From the sequence record SDGA01000085.1: a DNA stretch of 32,000 nucleotides, one strand, 5' to 3'. Of this stretch, positions 27,807 through 32,000 are shown one piece after another. A model generated the notes under the pieces. It did no database searches, was not told the DNA's origin, and was given only the letters and a program-made list of their open reading frames with translations. How positions within the stretch are numbered: the first letter of the stretch is position 1; each line of letters begins with the position of its first letter. Both the position numbers and the translations under genes were made by a program.

Positions 27807-29036
27807 ATGTCACGTACAAAATTTGAACGTAAAAAACCTCATATAAATATTGGTACTATTGGACACGTCGATCATGGGAAAACAACGTTGACAGCAGCTA
27901 TATCAGCTACCTTAGCTTCCTTATATGGTAATAAACCTAAAAAATTTGATGAAATTGATGCTGCGCCTGAAGAAAAAGCTCGTGGGATAACAATTAATAC
28001 ATCACACGTGGAATATGAAACAGATAAAAGACATTATGCACATGTTGATTGTCCTGGCCATGCCGATTACGTAAAAAACATGATTACTGGAGCAGCCCAA
28101 ATGGATGGAGCTATTTTAGTAGTATCAGCTGCTGATGGTCCAATGCCTCAGACAAGAGAACATATATTATTAGCTAAACAAGTTGGTGTACCTAATATTG
28201 TAGTGTTCTTAAATAAAGAAGATCAAGTAGATGATCCAGAATTATTAGAATTAGTTGAATTAGAAGTAAGAGAACTATTAAATAATTATGATTTTCCAGG
28301 AGAGGAGATACCATTTATTTCTGGCTCAGCTTTATTAGCTTTAGAAAATTTAATGAAGAGTCCCAATATTAAAAGAGGTGACGATAAATGGGTGGATAAA
28401 ATATATAAATTAATGGATGCGGTTGATGAATATATACCAACGCCTAAACGTGATATAGATAAACCATTTTTAATGGCAGTAGAGGATGTTTTTTCTATAA
28501 CTGGCCGCGGTACAGTAGCAACTGGAAGAATTGAAAGAGGTCAAATTAAAGTTGGTGATACTATTGAGTTAGTTGGATTAAAAAATACTAAAACTACTAC
28601 AATTACTGGTTTAGAAATGTTCCAAAAAACTTTGGATGAAGGAATCGCAGGTGATAATGTAGGTATTTTGTTAAGAGGTATACAAAAAGATGATATTGAA
28701 AGAGGTATGGTTTTAGCAAAACCTGGCACAATTACACCACATAGAAAATTTGAATCTGAAGTGTATATTTTAAAAAAGGAAGAAGGAGGTAGACATACGC
28801 CTTTTTTTACGGGATATAGACCTCAATTTTATGTTCGCACAACAGATGTAACAGGAACAATTACTAAATTTACTTCTGATGAAGGTCACTCAGTAGAGAT
28901 GGTGATGCCTGGAGATCGTATAAAAATGACTGTAGAATTGATTAATCACATAGCAATTGAGCAAGGAATGAGATTTGCTATTCGTGAAGGAGGTAAAACC
29001 ATTGGTGCAGGTGTTGTATCAAAAATTATTGAGTAA
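27807..29036 (+). CDS. tufA: Elongation factor Tu
   Basis: 409 aa. Contains [50 protein letters not shown] and NK.D. Full-length EF-Tu. Confidence 0.98.
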   Translation: MSRTKFERKKPHINIGTIGHVDHGKTTLTAAISATLASLYGNKPKKFDEIDAAPEEKARGITINTSHVEYETDKRHYAHVDCPGHADYVKNMITGAAQMDGAILVVSAADGPMPQTREHILLAKQVGVPNIVVFLNKEDQVDDPELLELVELEVRELLNNYDFPGEEIPFISGSALLALENLMKSPNIKRGDDKWVDKIYKLMDAVDEYIPTPKRDIDKPFLMAVEDVFSITGRGTVATGRIERGQIKVGDTIELVGLKNTKTTTITGLEMFQKTLDEGIAGDNVGILLRGIQKDDIERGMVLAKPGTITPHRKFESEVYILKKEEGGRHTPFFTGYRPQFYVRTTDVTGTITKFTSDEGHSVEMVMPGDRIKMTVELINHIAIEQGMRFAIREGGKTIGAGVVSKIIE

Positions 29037-29101
29037 TAATTTATGTTCGTGTAAAAAATTACTTAACTTATCTATCATATAATATGAGATTATAATTTCT
29101 T

Positions 29102-29419
29102 ATGATAAATATTCACCCAAATAAAATAAGAATTCGAATTAAGGCTTATAATAATAATTTACTAACTGTTTCTTGTGAAAAAATTTTAGACACTGCGCGT
29201 AAAAATAATTCTAGAGTGGTAGGTCCTATTTATTTACCTACGAAAAGAAAAGTTTACTGTGTTTTAACATCTCCTCACGTTAACAAAGATTCAAGAGAAC
29301 ACTTTGAGATACGTAAACATAGGCGTATAATTGATATTTATCATCCTTCTGTAAATACCATTAACGGATTAATGAAACTTGATATACCTGCGGGAGTAGA
29401 TATTGAGGTTAAATTATAA
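29102..29419 (+). CDS. rps10: 30S ribosomal protein S10
   Basis: 105 aa. Contains ..IRI.IKAY....L...C..I......N...[33 protein letters not shown], in the conserved position after tufA. Confidence 0.93.
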   Translation: MINIHPNKIRIRIKAYNNNLLTVSCEKILDTARKNNSRVVGPIYLPTKRKVYCVLTSPHVNKDSREHFEIRKHRRIIDIYHPSVNTINGLMKLDIPAGVDIEVKL

Positions 29420-29505
29420 TCAAGAAGAAGCCTTATATTAAAAGGATAGATAAAAAATCCTTAGGATTTTTTATCTATCCTTTTAATATAAGGCTTCTTC
29501 TTGAT
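29419..29505. repeat. 87-bp perfect palindrome between the convergent rps10 and petF genes, overlapping the petF 3' end
   Basis: Position p pairs with 58924-p from 29419 to 29505 (centre 29462), and 29418/29506 is a mismatch. The left arm begins on the last nt of the rps10 stop. The right arm contains the petF stop (29483-29485) and its last 6-7 codons. Confidence 0.95.
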
Positions 29506-29782
29506 GTGTCAGGATTGTTAAATCGGAAGTTGGATAAGCGACACAAGTTAGTACAAACCCTTGTTTTATTTGTTCATCATCTAAAAAAGATTGATCAGAT
29601 TGATCAACTTCACCATTTAAAATTTTTCCTGTACATGTAGAACATGCACCTGCTCTACATGAGTAAGGTAGGTCTAGTCCTTGTTCTTCTGCGGCATCTA
29701 AGATGTATTGATCATCAGCACAGGTTATAGTTTCATCTATTCCTTGTTCTTTATTTACTAGGTGGATTTTATATGATGTCAT
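29483..29782 (-). CDS. petF: Ferredoxin, plant-type [2Fe-2S]
   Basis: 99 aa. Contains ..[28 protein letters not shown]...[13 protein letters not shown]...[12 protein letters not shown]. All four cluster Cys are present. Confidence 0.97.
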   Translation of the reverse strand: MTSYKIHLVNKEQGIDETITCADDQYILDAAEEQGLDLPYSCRAGACSTCTGKILNGEVDQSDQSFLDDEQIKQGFVLTCVAYPTSDLTILTHQEEALY

Positions 29783-29946
29783 TATATACCTTATCCTTTA
29801 TTGTTTATTTTATTAATTAGTTTTAATATAAGCTTAATTATTTTTATATATAATTTATTATATAGTAATAATAAGAATTTGTTTCTAGTATGTTTATATA
29901 GTTAAACTTTAATAAATTATACATTTTTACATATAAAAAATAAAAT

Positions 29947-30819
29947 ATGAAGATATATGATAATTCAAAAACAGTTAAACCTAATTTTAAATTAAGTATA
30001 AATAGAAACAACTTAAATAAAAGAATTCAAGAAATTTTAGCTTTAAATAAACGCTTTATAATACAAACAATACGTAGGCCAATTACTTTAATTACCGGTA
30101 TGGTGCAACCTATGTTATGGCTTTTACTTTTTGGAGCACTATTTCGAAATATTCCTATAGGAATGTTTGTGCAAAGTTATTCTTATACTCAATTTTTAAT
30201 ACCAGGCATTATAGTATTCACAGTTTTTTCTGGAGCTTTAAATTCGGGTTTAACTATAATTTTTGATCGAGAATTTGGATTTTTTAATCGTTTGCTTGTA
30301 GCTCCACTAATATCAAAATCTTCTATTATTATTTCTTCCATGATTTTTATTATTCTAGTAAGTATATTACAAGCAATTGTTGTCATTATCTTAAGCTTTT
30401 TTCTTGATGAAAAAATATTGTCTATTTACTCATTTTCTATAATAATCTTAATAGTATGTTTGTTTTCTCTAGGAATAACTGCTATTAGCTTATCTTTTGC
30501 TTTTATAATGCCCGGTCATATTGAATTTCTTGCATTAATTCTTATTTTTAATTTACCTTTATTATTTTCTAGTACAGCTTTAGCTCCTTTATCTTTTATG
30601 CCTTTATGGTTACAGATTATATCTAGTCTTAATCCTTTAAGTTTTGCGATTGAAGCTATAAGGTATTTTTATTTAGACTTAAATACTAATAATATCTCAT
30701 ATATTATGGAAACTATTTGGGGAAAACTCAATTTGCAAAATATAATATATTATTTAGCTATATTTGACTTAATTGTTTATATCTTAAACATAAGATTAAT
30801 TGTAAAAAAATTAAAGTAA
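29947..30819 (+). CDS. ycf38: ABC-2 type transporter permease (Ycf38-like)
   Basis: 290 aa with about 6 predicted transmembrane segments. The N-terminal ..R.....RP......QP..WL.LFG..F and overall layout resemble red-lineage plastid ycf38. No ATPase partner lies in the window. Confidence 0.65.
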   Translation: MKIYDNSKTVKPNFKLSINRNNLNKRIQEILALNKRFIIQTIRRPITLITGMVQPMLWLLLFGALFRNIPIGMFVQSYSYTQFLIPGIIVFTVFSGALNSGLTIIFDREFGFFNRLLVAPLISKSSIIISSMIFIILVSILQAIVVIILSFFLDEKILSIYSFSIIILIVCLFSLGITAISLSFAFIMPGHIEFLALILIFNLPLLFSSTALAPLSFMPLWLQIISSLNPLSFAIEAIRYFYLDLNTNNISYIMETIWGKLNLQNIIYYLAIFDLIVYILNIRLIVKKLK

Positions 30820-30917
30820 ATATTATAATATATAGTTGTAGTAATCAATATTATTTCCATGTTAGAAAGTTAATATAATATATTATATATCAATTAATTT
30901 AAGGAGGATTCTATTCA

Positions 30918-32000
30918 ATGGCATTACCTTGGTATAGAGTTCATACAGTTGTATTAAATGATCCTGGTAGACTTATTGCGGTACATTTAATGCATACAGC
31001 TTTAGTTTCAGGATGGGCTGGATCTATGGCTTTATATGAGCTTGCAGTTTTTGACCCTTCAGACATGGTATTAAATCCCATGTGGAGACAAGGAATGTTT
31101 GTAATGCCCTTTATGACACGATTAGGAATAGTAGATTCATGGGGAGGTTGGAGTGTAACGGGCGAAAGTGTTGTTAATCCGGGAATATGGAGTTTTGAAG
31201 GTGTTGCTTTGTCTCATATTATTTTGTCTGGTTTATTATTTTTAGCCGCCATATGGCATTGGGTTTATTGGGATTTAGAATTGTTTCGTGACCCAAGAAC
31301 AGGAGAACCCTCATTAGATCTACCTAAAATTTTTGGTATACATTTATTTTTATCTGGTATAATATGTTTTGGCTTTGGAGCATTTCATGTTACTGGACTC
31401 TTTGGTCCTGGTATCTGGGTATCTGATGCTTATGGTTTGAATGGCAAGATTCAACCAGTAGCACCGGCCTGGGGCCCAGAAGGATTTAATCCCTTTAATC
31501 CAGGAGGAGTTGCGTCTCATCATATAGCTGCAGGTATAATTGGAATTTTAGCAGGTATTTTTCATTTAAGTGTCAGACCTCCTCAGAGACTATATAGAGC
31601 ATTAAGAATGGGAAATATTGAAACAGTTCTTTCAAGTAGTATTGCGGCAGTTTTCTTTGCTGCTTTTGTGACGGCAGGAACTATGTGGTACGGTTCAGCA
31701 ACTTCACCCATTGAATTATTTGGTCCAACAAGATATCAATGGGATAGCGGTTATTTTCAACAAGAAATTCAAAGAAGAGTTGATAATTATCTAAATCAAG
31801 GCTTGTCTGTTGCTGAGAGTTGGTCTAAAATACCTGATAAATTAGCATTTTATGACTATATAGGAAATAATCCCGCTAAAGGTGGATTGTTTCGTGCAGG
31901 ACCTATGAATAAAGGAGATGGAATTGCTGAATCTTGGCTTGGTCATCCAATTTTTTTAGATAAAGATGGAAGAGAATTAACTGTAAGAAGAATGCCTACT
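30918..32000 (+). CDS. psbB: Photosystem II CP47 chlorophyll apoprotein (PsbB), 5' partial (runs off the window)
   Basis: Hand translation from the ATG at 30918 gives [49 protein letters not shown]..., the canonical CP47 N-terminus. AAGGAGG lies 10 nt upstream. The frame stays open to position 32000. Confidence 0.97.
   Translation, partial: MALPWYRVHTVVLNDPGRLIAVHLMHTALVSGWAGSMALYELAVFDPSDMVLNPMWRQGMFVMPFMTRLGIVDSWGGWSVTGESVVNPGIWSFEGVALSHIILSGLLFLAAIWHWVYWDLELFRDPRTGEPSLDLPKIFGIHLFLSGIICFGFGAFHVTGLFGPGIWVSDAYGLNGKIQPVAPAWGPEGFNPFNPGGVASHHIAAGIIGILAGIFHLSVRPPQRLYRALRMGNIETVLSSSIAAVFFAAFVTAGTMWYGSATSPIELFGPTRYQWDSGYFQQEIQRRVDNYLNQGLSVAESWSKIPDKLAFYDYIGNNPAKGGLFRAGPMNKGDGIAESWLGHPIFLDKDGRELTVRRMPT

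Noticed and set aside
142-29505. The idea that the perfect palindromes are assembly or cloning artefacts.
   Set aside because: There are too many (at least 7) at biologically sensible positions, exactly at gene ends, and the flanking genes remain intact and in frame. Artefactual fold-backs would usually truncate genes or occur at contig ends. I cannot exclude this without reads.

Overview
This window is a strongly AT-rich, gene-dense, intron-free segment of a plastid genome of the red-algal type. Gene content and order point that way: the block dnaK <-> rpl3-rpl4-rpl23-rpl2-rps19-rpl22-rps3-rpl16-rpl29-rps17-rpl14-rpl5-rps8-rpl6-rpl18-rps5-secY-rpl36-rps13-rps11-rpoA-rpl13-rps9-rpl31-rps12-rps7-tufA-rps10, plus psaA/psaB, psaD, psbZ, psbK, petG, psbB, petF, chlB, accB, acpP, an HU-like gene, ycf45, ycf38 and hisH. 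The presence of hisH and HU, the extreme AT bias and the many very long intergenic hairpins suggest a cyanidiophycean red alga such as Galdieria, but that is inference from memory, not a search result. I called 49 protein genes (one of them a weakly supported 77-codon ORF, three not in the ORF track: psbK, petG, rpl36, and one truncated at the window end: psbB) and 3 tRNAs. I see no rRNA, CRISPR array, transposase, integrase, phage or defence genes, so I cannot support a novel multi-gene system here. The unusual features are structural. (1) Long palindromes of unrelated sequence, most of them perfect (66-108 bp), sit at transcription-unit boundaries, and several run into the 3' coding ends of flanking genes, so the non-coding arm is a mirror copy of coding sequence. 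(2) One palindrome lies in a divergent promoter region and carries mirrored -35/-10-like boxes. (3) A 105-bp tract is identical at the nucleotide level between the paralogs psaA and psaB, which suggests gene conversion. (4) rpl24 is missing from its conserved slot between rpl14 and rpl5.
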